Virus record (IMG/VR): IMGVR_UViG_3300033076_001191
Location: 1 to 39,845 of that record
Length of the DNA stretch: 39,845 nt
From: a virus
Lineage: Duplodnaviria; Caudoviricetes
Strand: one strand, 5' to 3'
Position 1 is the stretch's first letter. Each line of letters begins with the position of its first letter. Below the pieces are notes generated by a model that was not told the origin of the DNA, ran no database searches, and saw only the letters and a program-made list of their open reading frames with translations. Made by a program: the position numbers and the translations under genes. Shown piece by piece: positions 18,722-27,564 of the stretch.

Positions 18722-19948
18722 CTACGCCGTCACATTTCCATTTTGCGCGCTAGGCAGGGGTTTACCTTTGACCAGGAAATGATCCCCTCCTCCCTGCTGC
18801 ATAATGATATACCCGGCGCGGACACATCCAGCCAGCGCGTCCTCAAATTCCCGCATGGAGGGGAAGCAGGTGTGGACATAGCGATAAGCCTCCGCAAAGG
18901 GTACCCGCTCGCGCGCGTGGACATAATTGACCAAGCGTTCGATGTGGAGGGATATGTCACTTCGCCCGATCTTGGAAAAGACGAATTGCATATCTGGTTC
19001 GAGGTCTGTAAGCATGGCATACGCGATCTCCAAGTGGTCTCTTTGGATCACCAGATTATCGGATTCGGAGGCAGCAAGTACCATAGCTAGTTTGTGCATA
19101 TGGGTTTGCTTACGCGCGATGTAACCTCCGAATCTATCCGGGTCCAGATTGGCCGCTCGCTGGCTATAGTGATCCTGATACCACATTTTCCCCCAGTCTT
19201 TAGCCTCCTTCGTCAGGACATAGGGACCGGCGAGTTGGCGACTGATATGGGTTAGATCCTCGACAAGCTTCCTTTCCGTATCGAGCATGTCCTTAGGGAC
19301 ATCGTCGTCAGGGTAGGCTACGTGCTTGGCTTTCTGATCCGCGTAGACGAAAACAGTCCGGGAAGTGAAGCCGCCACCGATCATGTATTCAGGGAAATTC
19401 CCTGCGATCCAAGCCGGAGTGGTGCAGGCGATCAGGTTGATCCAGGGGTTTTGCACGGAATCGGAACCGGAGTGCTTTGTCTTCTTGTCGAAACTGCCCT
19501 GCTTTCCATCCCAGAGAGATACCAAGAGATCGACCATTTCCTTATCTTGCGGATTGAGGAGATTGCCGAATTCGGAGGCTTCCAGGGTCATTGCAGACAT
19601 CGGCCAGTATGCGCCATCGTATTCGAAGGACTCCAAGGAATCCGCGAACGCAGAGACGAGAGCGGGCCACGTCACGACGTCCGGACCGAACTTGATATCA
19701 GGGACTTGTCGAAGCAGGTTAATCGCCACGCCGGCGGTTGTTGATTTACTGACGATTCCAGGCGGCGCAACGAAGCAAATGTACATATTGCAGTACCACT
19801 TGAAATACGCCATATCTATCCATACCTTTCTGCGTAGCGCGCCCGCTATTGCTGATACCCCCGCCCAGAAATACATCCGTTGAGGGGCTTCCCCGAAGGA
19901 GGCGTAAGACATGAAAGCCTTGAGCCAGTCGTCATAGTGGCGGGTCAT
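18722..19948 (-). CDS. DUF3987-like P-loop NTPase (putative replicative helicase)
   Basis: EAP..FW..VSAIAGALRRKVW, NMY..FVAPPGIVSKST (variant Walker A), SEFGNLL, GGGFTSR; TAATG coupling to polA. Confidence 0.65.
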   Translation of the reverse strand: MTRHYDDWLKAFMSYASFGEAPQRMYFWAGVSAIAGALRRKVWIDMAYFKWYCNMYICFVAPPGIVSKSTTAGVAINLLRQVPDIKFGPDVVTWPALVSAFADSLESFEYDGAYWPMSAMTLEASEFGNLLNPQDKEMVDLLVSLWDGKQGSFDKKTKHSGSDSVQNPWINLIACTTPAWIAGNFPEYMIGGGFTSRTVFVYADQKAKHVAYPDDDVPKDMLDTERKLVEDLTHISRQLAGPYVLTKEAKDWGKMWYQDHYSQRAANLDPDRFGGYIARKQTHMHKLAMVLAASESDNLVIQRDHLEIAYAMLTDLEPDMQFVFSKIGRSDISLHIERLVNYVHARERVPFAEAYRYVHTCFPSMREFEDALAGCVRAGYIIMQQGGGDHFLVKGKPLPSAQNGNVTA

Positions 19949-22317
19949 TACTCGCAATCTCCCCAGCTGCGTGTTGACGTTTTGATGCCGATTGGGATGA
20001 TCAGCGGATCGGAATAAGGCAAAGCGATTTCAGCCGCTTGCACGATCCGGGCCGCCGTCTGCTCGCCACCAATTGTTGGGAATTGACCCGCCAGGGAATC
20101 GTGTACTTGCAGGAGAATTTCCACTTCGGGCATTGTTCTGTCGATTTCGACGTAGGCCCGGTTGATGAGGCAGGCAACGGTCGATTGTGGGATCCACGCA
20201 GCCGCTTGGTTGAAAATCGTCCCTTCGATTCGGTCGAAGAAGTAGCAGCGATAGCCGAAAACGTTTTCCACCATCCGGCGCTTAGTGACCTGATCCTTGA
20301 GATCGTCCTGCCAGCGCTTGATCCGAGGGAATTTACCAAAATACCACTTTTGTGTTTTCTCGGCTTCAGATACAGACAAACCAAGCCGCTCGGCAAGCCC
20401 CTTAGCTGTACCAAGGTAATTGGTTCCGTGGCAGAAGGCCTTGAAGAGTTGGCGGCGAGGGTCCTTTTTCGACAAGCTCGGGTCATGGTAGAATTCCTTG
20501 GCAACTTCCGTGTATGGGTCCAGCCCCTCTCGGAGCATGGCCTTCATTTCCGGTTCATCAGCCTCCCAAACAACAATTCGTAGGTCAGCTGAGCTGAGGT
20601 CAATGTCGAAAAAGGTACATCCGGAATCGGGGATAAAGAGACTACGAACATTAGGCAGTTCGAGTTCTTCACTCCCTCCACCCTTAGGTATATTTTGCAG
20701 GTTGAGTCCGGTTCCGAACGCATTGGTTGAAGAGCTAAAACGGTATGTTTCCGTCCCAGCGATGTTGAAACTGCAGCGCATTCTTCCATCAATGTCGAGA
20801 GGAGCATTGACAAATGTGCTGAGGAACACTCCAAGCGAGCGGAGCTCCTGAATTTTCCTGACGACGGGTTTGAGCAGAGGCTCACGATCAGCGATCTTAC
20901 CGAGGGCCTCATCATCACAGGTGACGGTTCTCGTCTTACGGGACGTAATGGGTCGTTGGGCAAACTGCTCATAGAAAAGCTCCTTCATTTGCTTGGGAGA
21001 CTTGATGTTGACGGGATAGCCCAGCATTTCATTAAGCCAGGTTTCCCGTTGAGCGATTTCGTTAAACAGGGTCATGGCAAATTCCGCGCGCTTGGCATGG
21101 TCTATGCGAATACCCCTGTTCATTGTGCGGAGCACTGGCCAGAATAGCTTTTGCTGGAAGTCGTGAACCTCCCGCAGTCCCATCAAATCTACGTTACGTT
21201 GTTCGACTGTGTCGACTTCATAGGTGATGACAGCGTCTTTGCAGTTGTAGACCCAGAGCTGGTCTTCTCCGGTTTTTTCATCCCACTCTTTCCCTTCGTC
21301 CTTCCAGAACTCGTGGTGCTCACAGTACATGGAAGAGAGGAAGTCGAGGCCCTTTTGCATGTTTGAGAAGCAGACGTGCTGGGATAGCATTGTGTCCCGA
21401 ACCAAGCGTGGGATGTAGTGCAAATGACGGTAGAAATACTGAGCATCATAAAGGAAATTCTGGCCGACGACTTCGGCATTGGGATGGGTGAGGAGGCGCT
21501 GGGTGAGCTGGTAGATGACGAGTTCTTCATCCTCGGACCAGTAGCCGTCCTGACGCTCGACGCACATCAGTGGGATACAGATGGCGTGCAGATGGGTCCA
21601 TGCGATACCAATACAGGCAATATGCCCGGCGCGTGTTTCGATATCGACAGAGAGCTTTGTTTTGGAAACCTCGACTTTGGCTAGGAGCTGGATGAGGTAG
21701 TATTCAGCCTGCTCGAAGGTCGGCCGCGTTATGAATTGGTAATCCGGCCGTATTATCCCCGGAAAGCCTGCCTGAGTTTTCGCCCTGCGGAAGTCATGCA
21801 CGACGATCTGCCTCCAGGACCATTGCCGCATGATAGCGGAGGGATGGTAGGCTGGGACAACCTTTGGTTTGTAGTCCAGGGAGGTTTGAAGATCGCATTC
21901 GATAACGGAGCCCCGCCAGGACATCACGCCCCAGTTACCGGTCAAAGCCCAGGTGGAAAGGTTTCCCAGGGCAATGATGACATTTGGCCTGACCATTTCG
22001 ATTTCACGGGTCAAGGCTTCGATACCATCCCAAACAGGCGGCATGACATACTTGTCACGAACGAGGCCGTGTTGCGGGGTGATGTCTGCTTTGCGCAAGG
22101 CTACAAAAGCCCCAATGTCATTGCCCGGTGGACGGACGCGGCAGACATTTGTCAGGAAGCATTCGTTGCGGTTGATCCCGGCTTCGTGGAGCATCTTGGA
22201 AAGCTCCTGACCGGAGTATCCGACGAAGGGGATTCCTTCGTGGACCTCGCGCTCACCAGGAGCTTCCCCGACAATCATGATTTTGGCCGGGGCGGGGCCG
22301 GTTGGTCGTACTTGCAT
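19948..22317 (-). CDS. polA: Family A DNA polymerase with N-terminal family-4 UDG-like domain and 3'-5' exonuclease
   Basis: UDG: VGEAPG, PFVG, TNV, YHPS. Exo I/II/III: VDIET, QNFLYD, YNCKD. Pol: TYRFSSS..NLQNIP, motif A DLSSADLR, motif B RQLFKAFCHGTNY, motif C QVHDS. Confidence 0.95.
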   Translation of the reverse strand: MQVRPTGPAPAKIMIVGEAPGEREVHEGIPFVGYSGQELSKMLHEAGINRNECFLTNVCRVRPPGNDIGAFVALRKADITPQHGLVRDKYVMPPVWDGIEALTREIEMVRPNVIIALGNLSTWALTGNWGVMSWRGSVIECDLQTSLDYKPKVVPAYHPSAIMRQWSWRQIVVHDFRRAKTQAGFPGIIRPDYQFITRPTFEQAEYYLIQLLAKVEVSKTKLSVDIETRAGHIACIGIAWTHLHAICIPLMCVERQDGYWSEDEELVIYQLTQRLLTHPNAEVVGQNFLYDAQYFYRHLHYIPRLVRDTMLSQHVCFSNMQKGLDFLSSMYCEHHEFWKDEGKEWDEKTGEDQLWVYNCKDAVITYEVDTVEQRNVDLMGLREVHDFQQKLFWPVLRTMNRGIRIDHAKRAEFAMTLFNEIAQRETWLNEMLGYPVNIKSPKQMKELFYEQFAQRPITSRKTRTVTCDDEALGKIADREPLLKPVVRKIQELRSLGVFLSTFVNAPLDIDGRMRCSFNIAGTETYRFSSSTNAFGTGLNLQNIPKGGGSEELELPNVRSLFIPDSGCTFFDIDLSSADLRIVVWEADEPEMKAMLREGLDPYTEVAKEFYHDPSLSKKDPRRQLFKAFCHGTNYLGTAKGLAERLGLSVSEAEKTQKWYFGKFPRIKRWQDDLKDQVTKRRMVENVFGYRCYFFDRIEGTIFNQAAAWIPQSTVACLINRAYVEIDRTMPEVEILLQVHDSLAGQFPTIGGEQTAARIVQAAEIALPYSDPLIIPIGIKTSTRSWGDCE
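21716..21755. promoter_or_regulatory. Double-box element copy 3 (inside polA)
   Basis: aaggtcggccgcgtta-tgaattgg-taatccggccgtatta. Confidence 0.75.
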
Positions 22318-22436
22318 TGTTTTACTCTTTCGTCTTTAGCCCATTGGGTGAAGAATTCGGCGGCCATCCAGCGGGATGTTTGCAGTGCAACCCACCGCCG
22401 CCACCGGAAGTAAAGATAAACGTGCTCGTTGTGCAT
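22275..22436 (-). CDS. Small hypothetical protein (53 aa), not in the ORF track
   Basis: TAATG coupling with the MTase stop; MHNEHVYLYFRWRRWVALQ...PRPKS; overlaps the polA start by 43 nt. Confidence 0.5.
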   Translation of the reverse strand: MHNEHVYLYFRWRRWVALQTSRWMAAEFFTQWAKDERVKQCKYDQPAPPRPKS

Positions 22437-23848
22437 TACATCAGAGCGGGCAATTCCAGTGCCTTCAATCCCTGGATTCGGCGCAGTCCCATTCCATAAT
22501 AGTCCGGGTTGATCTCACAGCCGACCGCGTAACATTGATGAGAGTGGGCGGCTTCGAAAATGGTTCCGGAACCAGCAAAGCCGTCGAACACGCGGTCACC
22601 GGGTTTAACACTGCGCTGCAGGAGATTGTGGAAAACGGCAACCGGTTTCTGGGCTCCATGGGACATGTTATCATCTGCAGTAGCTGATAGCACGTCGGGA
22701 TAGATATGAGTGACAGGCTTCTTTCCCTTGATCGCATAGAGAATGATCTCGTACTGACGACGGGGTCCTTGATCAGGGAGCGGAACACGACCGGAGTTGA
22801 TCTTGTGGCAGATGATAGGCGTGCGGAAAACATACCAGCCGGCTTTCTGCATCATCGCTTTGAGTTCGTGGAAATTGTCGAAGTCGCAAAAGACATAGGC
22901 ATGGGCTTGGGGTTTGCAAACTTGATAGGACAGAGCGGTCCATTCGGTCATGAGCTTGCGCCAGGATTCAAGAGAGTCATCGTAGTGATGTTCGATACCG
23001 GAGAGCTTTCCGGCGCCGTCGCCGAAACTGTCGGCGTCCATGCCGTAAGGCGGGTCGGTGAGGATGACGTCGAACAGTTCGTCTGGAGACTGGCGTTTGG
23101 TCACTTCCCACATGTAATCGATGCAGCTCTTGTTCAAGAGAGTATGGCAGTCGGCGTTGAAGGTGGCGCCAACGGTCTTCGCGAGTTCGATATTCGCAGC
23201 CCGCTGTTCTTCCTTCTTGAGGATTTTGAAGGCTTCATCGACGGACTTGGCTTTTGCGATGGCAGGATTGGAGAGGTGTTGTGCGACGATGACTTCCTTG
23301 CGGACGGTGTCCTGGTAGGCGCCATCGGAGCGGCCGAAGAGTTCGGTGGCGGTGTCAGCGATGGTGTGGGGCTTGGCCTTGGCGGCAGCGGCTTGCTGCT
23401 CCTCTGGCGGAAGTGCCGCGATTTCCTTGGCCAGGGCCACCCCCTTTTGCCGAGCGCGGAGTTTGTGCAGGCGGGCATGGGCATCGGCATTTTCCTGCCA
23501 CGTCAGGTCGCGGCGCTTGAGGTTCTCATCGAGTTCGGCTTCTTCTGCGGACAGTTCGTCGAGTTCACCGATGTCACTGTAAGGCACCATGCCGCCCCGG
23601 AAGATCTTGAGATTGTGCAGGAACTCCCCGTCGAGATCGAAGATATCTGTGATAGCCTTGAGGCGGGATTCGCCAGCGACAAGGACCATACGCAGGGTGC
23701 CATCGATGATTTCTTGGCGCAACACCGGTGCGTGCAGAAGGCCATTTTTCTCGATGGATTCCCGAAGTTCACAGATATGCACCGGGTCAAACTCCTGCCG
23801 CTGGCGGTTCGGTTTGATGACGATATCGGATAGCTTGATGGTTGGCAT
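22436..23848 (-). CDS. ParB/Srx-domain plus beta-class N6A/N4C DNA methyltransferase fusion
   Basis: N-terminal RQRQEF..SIEKNGLLHAP..LVAGESRLKA..ELDENLKRRDL (ParB); HTH-like TIADTATELFGRS; DPPY precedes DGFAGSGT (beta order). CAGGA RBS favours start 23848. Confidence 0.9.
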   Translation of the reverse strand: MPTIKLSDIVIKPNRQRQEFDPVHICELRESIEKNGLLHAPVLRQEIIDGTLRMVLVAGESRLKAITDIFDLDGEFLHNLKIFRGGMVPYSDIGELDELSAEEAELDENLKRRDLTWQENADAHARLHKLRARQKGVALAKEIAALPPEEQQAAAAKAKPHTIADTATELFGRSDGAYQDTVRKEVIVAQHLSNPAIAKAKSVDEAFKILKKEEQRAANIELAKTVGATFNADCHTLLNKSCIDYMWEVTKRQSPDELFDVILTDPPYGMDADSFGDGAGKLSGIEHHYDDSLESWRKLMTEWTALSYQVCKPQAHAYVFCDFDNFHELKAMMQKAGWYVFRTPIICHKINSGRVPLPDQGPRRQYEIILYAIKGKKPVTHIYPDVLSATADDNMSHGAQKPVAVFHNLLQRSVKPGDRVFDGFAGSGTIFEAAHSHQCYAVGCEINPDYYGMGLRRIQGLKALELPALM

Positions 23849-24129
23849 GGTTAAGTTCCTGAAGTGCAAATGCCCGGGGGGTTAGGCCGGGCGGGTGTGG
23901 TGATGGGGAGGGGAGAGGCCCGGGAACCGGGCGGGATGGTCGCGTGTTGAGCGCGGATATCGGGGGAGGGGTGACTATACCCGGGGGCCAGAAAATCGCC
24001 TATGCGTCGATCTATGCCCGGACGGGTTTTAGTTATTACTGAGATCATACGGGCGATAGCCTCGATTTGTTTACTGGGCTAGGCCCGGAACGCTTGCGGC
24101 AGCAGGCAGAGGCCTGCTATCGAAAGAAT

Positions 24130-24153
24130 CCACGCAGATTACACGCTGCGTGG
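24130..24153 (-). terminator. Probable terminator after the ssb-like gene
   Basis: ccacgcag-attacacg-ctgcgtgg stem, followed on the - strand by ATTCTTT. Confidence 0.6.
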
Positions 24154-24166
24154 GCCGTGGCGACGA

Positions 24167-24619
24167 TTACAGCTTCGTCACACCCTTCACATCAACGTAA
24201 ATGTTGTCACCGTCGATGCGCTGCTTGACCAGCACCTTGGCCATCTGGCCTACCAATTGGCTCGGCGTCCAGGGACGACCGGGCACGTTTTGGCCGACGG
24301 CTTCACGCAGGCGACCCAGGCCGATGTTCTTGCCCTTGCCCATGTCGAAGCCGCCGTTGGACAGCATGTCCAGCATCAGGCCCTGACGGACAGTGACCTT
24401 GTCGCGACCAGTTTTCTGGCGCGCGGCTTCGGACTGGAGTTCCCAGGTGATGTCGAGAGCGAGGCCAGCCTTCGAGGGATCGGACTTCGATTGCCAGGGG
24501 CGGAAGTCGATCTTCTCGATTTGAGCCTGATACTCGCCATCATCGGGATTGATGATGGCAGTGTCATTGGCTTCGGTGAACTGCATGTCGAGGAACTGGC
24601 TCGGATCGAATTGAGACAT
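24167..24619 (-). CDS. Single-stranded DNA-binding protein-like (DUF669-type)
   Basis: PDDGEYQAQI..LGRLREAVGQ..LVGQMAKVLV OB-fold pattern; adjacent to the Sak4-like ATPase. Confidence 0.65.
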   Translation of the reverse strand: MSQFDPSQFLDMQFTEANDTAIINPDDGEYQAQIEKIDFRPWQSKSDPSKAGLALDITWELQSEAARQKTGRDKVTVRQGLMLDMLSNGGFDMGKGKNIGLGRLREAVGQNVPGRPWTPSQLVGQMAKVLVKQRIDGDNIYVDVKGVTKL

Positions 24620-24700
24620 GATGATCTGCTTTCTGAAAAGTCAACTGAGAGTGGAAGGACGGGGAAGGCCAGTTGACAACCGACACCGCCGGGGAGAGGT

Positions 24701-24729
24701 ATTGTTGGGCTTGAGCTGGAAGGTGTCAA
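24701..24729 (-). promoter_or_regulatory. sigma70-like promoter for the ssb-like gene
   Basis: TTGACA-N17-AACAAT in the intergenic gap. Confidence 0.6.
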
Positions 24730-24739
24730 GCCCGGAAGG

Positions 24740-25630
24740 TTAAGAAGCTTCCTTACGGGCAGTCCACTTGCGGACGATCGCGCGGAAGTCCGGTTCGAGG
24801 TTGCCTGCGATGGGGAGATTGCGGGTTTTGAGGTCGGCCTGGGCATTGGCGGTGTCCCAGTGCCACTTGTCGCCTTCGCGGCAAGTCAAGATGACATCGG
24901 AGAACATGGCAGGGAGCTTCGGGGCCAAGGCCTTGCCCAGGGCACTGGCCATGAGCTTGATGCCACCGAGAACGGGATCGACTTCGCGTTCCAGGTGGGA
25001 CAGGAGAACGAAGTGGCACTTGCAACCGTCACAGAGCTTGCGAAGGAGGGTTTCGACTTGCTGTTGTGCGATGCCCCAATCGGACAGGCCGCGGACAGGC
25101 TTGCCGCCAACAACGAGGGAGAGGGCGGCGGCACAGATGCCGGTCAGGCCGTCAATGACGAGGACGCAGTCGGTGTCCCAGTTGGTCACGTCACCGTAGA
25201 ACTCGCCGTTGCGGTCACTGCGGAAATTGTTGAGGGCTTCGAAGAGGCTGATGAACTGATTGTAGCGGGAACGGTTGGAGTCGTTCATCTTTGCCAGGGA
25301 CTCCAGGTTCATCGTGTTGATCTTGCGGGCATTGTCGATCATGTCGCTGAACGAGGTGTCCGGGGACTTGAGAACGTGCCACTGGAGGTTTTCCGGAATC
25401 GGGAGCTTCTTGTCGGCATAGTAACCCATCAAGGATTCCATGCCAGATTCCATGGCGAGGTAGAAGACCTTGAGACCAGAATCGACAAGGGTGCCGAGGG
25501 AGTGGGTCTTGCCGGTGCCGGAAGGGCCCATCAACAGTACGTTGAAGCCGGAGAGGGAAGGCTTGGTGACTTCCCAGGCGTTGGCGACTGCGGAGGGCTG
25601 GCTGGGGACGAGAGGCGATGGAGTGCTCAT
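24740..25630 (-). CDS. Sak4-like (AAA_24, RecA-fold) ATPase
   Basis: Walker A GPSGTGKT, Walker B LVIDGLT, LLSHLE, C-terminal DLKTRN; lies between Cas4-like nuclease and SSB-like gene. Start uncertain. Confidence 0.8.
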   Translation of the reverse strand: MSTPSPLVPSQPSAVANAWEVTKPSLSGFNVLLMGPSGTGKTHSLGTLVDSGLKVFYLAMESGMESLMGYYADKKLPIPENLQWHVLKSPDTSFSDMIDNARKINTMNLESLAKMNDSNRSRYNQFISLFEALNNFRSDRNGEFYGDVTNWDTDCVLVIDGLTGICAAALSLVVGGKPVRGLSDWGIAQQQVETLLRKLCDGCKCHFVLLSHLEREVDPVLGGIKLMASALGKALAPKLPAMFSDVILTCREGDKWHWDTANAQADLKTRNLPIAGNLEPDFRAIVRKWTARKEAS

Positions 25631-25707
25631 AAGTGTCACTGTAGCGCCGGGCGGCGTGTTGAGGGGGTTGGATAATGGGGCACTAGGCCACAGGCGGCAA
25701 GCGGAGA

Positions 25708-26232
25708 TCAACAAGTCTTGTTGTGCTTGTAGGGGCGGCTGAGGTTGAACGCCATCTTGGCCACAATGGCCTGAGCCAAGCGGAGGCCGAAGGCACCAGC
25801 GTAGTCGAAGCCGCGGATGAAGAGATCCGCGAGTTCTTCTTCTTCGGCGGTGAACTCTGGGATGTGTTCGGAAGGGCCGTTGTGCTTGCGGACGGCTTCC
25901 AGCATTTCCGAGAGTTCGGAGTGCATCAAGGCGATCTTCTCGCCCTTGTTGTAGGAATCCCAGAAACCTTGGTGAGAGTTCCAGGAAAAGGTCATGGACT
26001 GGATCGTGCCGAACAGACCGTGGAGGGTGGGCTGGATGGTGTAGAGAGAGTTTTGGATTTCTTCAGCCATCTGGCCGTGCTGAGCCTCACGAGCTTCTTC
26101 GCGGGCGATTTCCTCCTTGAGACGCTGGCGGCGCTCGCGCGCTGTTTCCGGGCGGGCAGACAGGCCGACGCCGACGCCGACTGATTGGCAGGCTTCTTCA
26201 CAGGCTTTGTTCAGGACTTGCTTTTCATTCAT
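25708..26232 (-). CDS. MazG-like NTP pyrophosphohydrolase
   Basis: IALMHSELSEMLEA..EEELAD..IR..D..KMAFNLSRPYKH all-alpha NTP-PPase signature. Confidence 0.85.
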   Translation of the reverse strand: MNEKQVLNKACEEACQSVGVGVGLSARPETARERRQRLKEEIAREEAREAQHGQMAEEIQNSLYTIQPTLHGLFGTIQSMTFSWNSHQGFWDSYNKGEKIALMHSELSEMLEAVRKHNGPSEHIPEFTAEEEELADLFIRGFDYAGAFGLRLAQAIVAKMAFNLSRPYKHNKTC

Positions 26233-26546
26233 GGTGATGGTTCCTTGGATAGATTCAGCCGGATTTCGATTTCATACAAGAGAACTTCCGGCGGGAGTTC
26301 ATTGTACGCCTTGCGCCAGGGCGCGATGAACGATCCCCCGACTTCGTCACACCAGGGATGCTTGCGGCATCCTCGGCGGACGGGGAGCCAGGGCTTACCT
26401 TCCTCAGCAATACGCCCCCAGGCATCGCCGCAGGTCGGGCAGACGAAGACGAGGGAATTGTCAGCTCGGCTTAAATCGTCCCAGAGTATCGGGAGTGGGG
26501 AGACAGCCAAAAGACGACTGCCGAGGAAGTAGGAAGCGTTAGGCAT
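26229..26546 (-). CDS. Small Zn-finger hypothetical protein
   Basis: MPNASYF..CPTCG..W..CRKH; overlaps both neighbours; 3' part of ORF 26229..27008. Confidence 0.65.
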   Translation of the reverse strand: MPNASYFLGSRLLAVSPLPILWDDLSRADNSLVFVCPTCGDAWGRIAEEGKPWLPVRRGCRKHPWCDEVGGSFIAPWRKAYNELPPEVLLYEIEIRLNLSKEPSP

Positions 26547-27564
26547 TATGCACGCCGTGCCCCCAGCTTGCTTCCCACTCCTCCACTGTGAGTTGCTTCC
26601 GTGCCAGCGGATCCCACACTCGCTGTTCAAAGCGGACTGGCAGCCAGTCTTCCGGGCTCGGGGACTTGCAGATGTCAACGAGGCTGCAGCCGCCGTACTC
26701 GGCACATGCGCCGTCCAGGGCGTAGTCCCAGTAGCCTTCCTTCCACATCTGGATGGCCCGGGTGATGTCACGCTCAGACTGGAACTTCCAGCGGGCAATC
26801 TCGTGCTGTGCGCGGTTGGTGATGACTTCCTGGGTGTCGTACTTGGTCTTGAGAATGGAGACACCACGGATGATGGTGCCAGCGACCGGGATGCCGGATT
26901 CCTTCGCTGCCCAGCAATAGCCGGTGAATTGGCCACGCATTTCCCACTGACGGCCCCACGAGGGGCCGAGGCTGGAAGTTGTCTTCTCGTCCACGATGTA
27001 GATGCCACCAGCGAACTCTGCGATCATGTCGGCGCGCCCGGTGTAGAGGATCGGGTCGCCGGTGACTGGGTGGTTGATGCCGAGCGGGAGAGCGAAGGAG
27101 AACTCGATGCCACGCCGACCATCGACGAAGGTGACAGGGATCTTGCTGTCAGTGTCGAGCGGGTACCGGGAAAAATAGAACTCCAGGGCACCGGCTGTGC
27201 GTTCGAGAGACTTGGCGGAGTCTGCTGGACACTCGAAGTCCCCATACGCGATCATGAGAGCGCGCAGGCCTTCGGCTTCGGCGACTTCCTTGTCGCCTTT
27301 GGCACCGGGTGTCCAGGCGAACTCGCCTTCGAGCTGCTTGGAGTGCCCGGAATCGTCCTTGCCGTAGGCAGGGTACAGGCCTTCGAAATAGACCTTGCGA
27401 GCAACTTCGATGCCCTTGGCGAAGGCTCCGCCCGCGACGAGGTGGACGGATTCGGTTTTCGGCTTCCAGTGCTCGACATAGGTGCGGAACATCTTTTGCG
27501 GGCAGGAACGGAATGCTGCCAACATGGTGGAGTCGAAAGTGTGGGGAAACATTGGGCGGATCAT
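26539..27564 (-). CDS. Cas4/RecB-like PD-(D/E)xK exonuclease
   Basis: GRADMI..IVDEKTT..QFTGY catalytic motifs; N-terminal CP plus C-terminal C..C..C as in Fe-S-binding Cas4/AddB nucleases. Confidence 0.88.
   Translation of the reverse strand: MIRPMFPHTFDSTMLAAFRSCPQKMFRTYVEHWKPKTESVHLVAGGAFAKGIEVARKVYFEGLYPAYGKDDSGHSKQLEGEFAWTPGAKGDKEVAEAEGLRALMIAYGDFECPADSAKSLERTAGALEFYFSRYPLDTDSKIPVTFVDGRRGIEFSFALPLGINHPVTGDPILYTGRADMIAEFAGGIYIVDEKTTSSLGPSWGRQWEMRGQFTGYCWAAKESGIPVAGTIIRGVSILKTKYDTQEVITNRAQHEIARWKFQSERDITRAIQMWKEGYWDYALDGACAEYGGCSLVDICKSPSPEDWLPVRFEQRVWDPLARKQLTVEEWEASWGHGVHNA

Noticed and set aside
19948-26232. 2-aminoadenine (Z) or other fully substituted genome suggested by MazG plus unusual PolA
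   Set aside because: No PurZ, DatZ or other base-synthesis enzyme is recognisable in the window.
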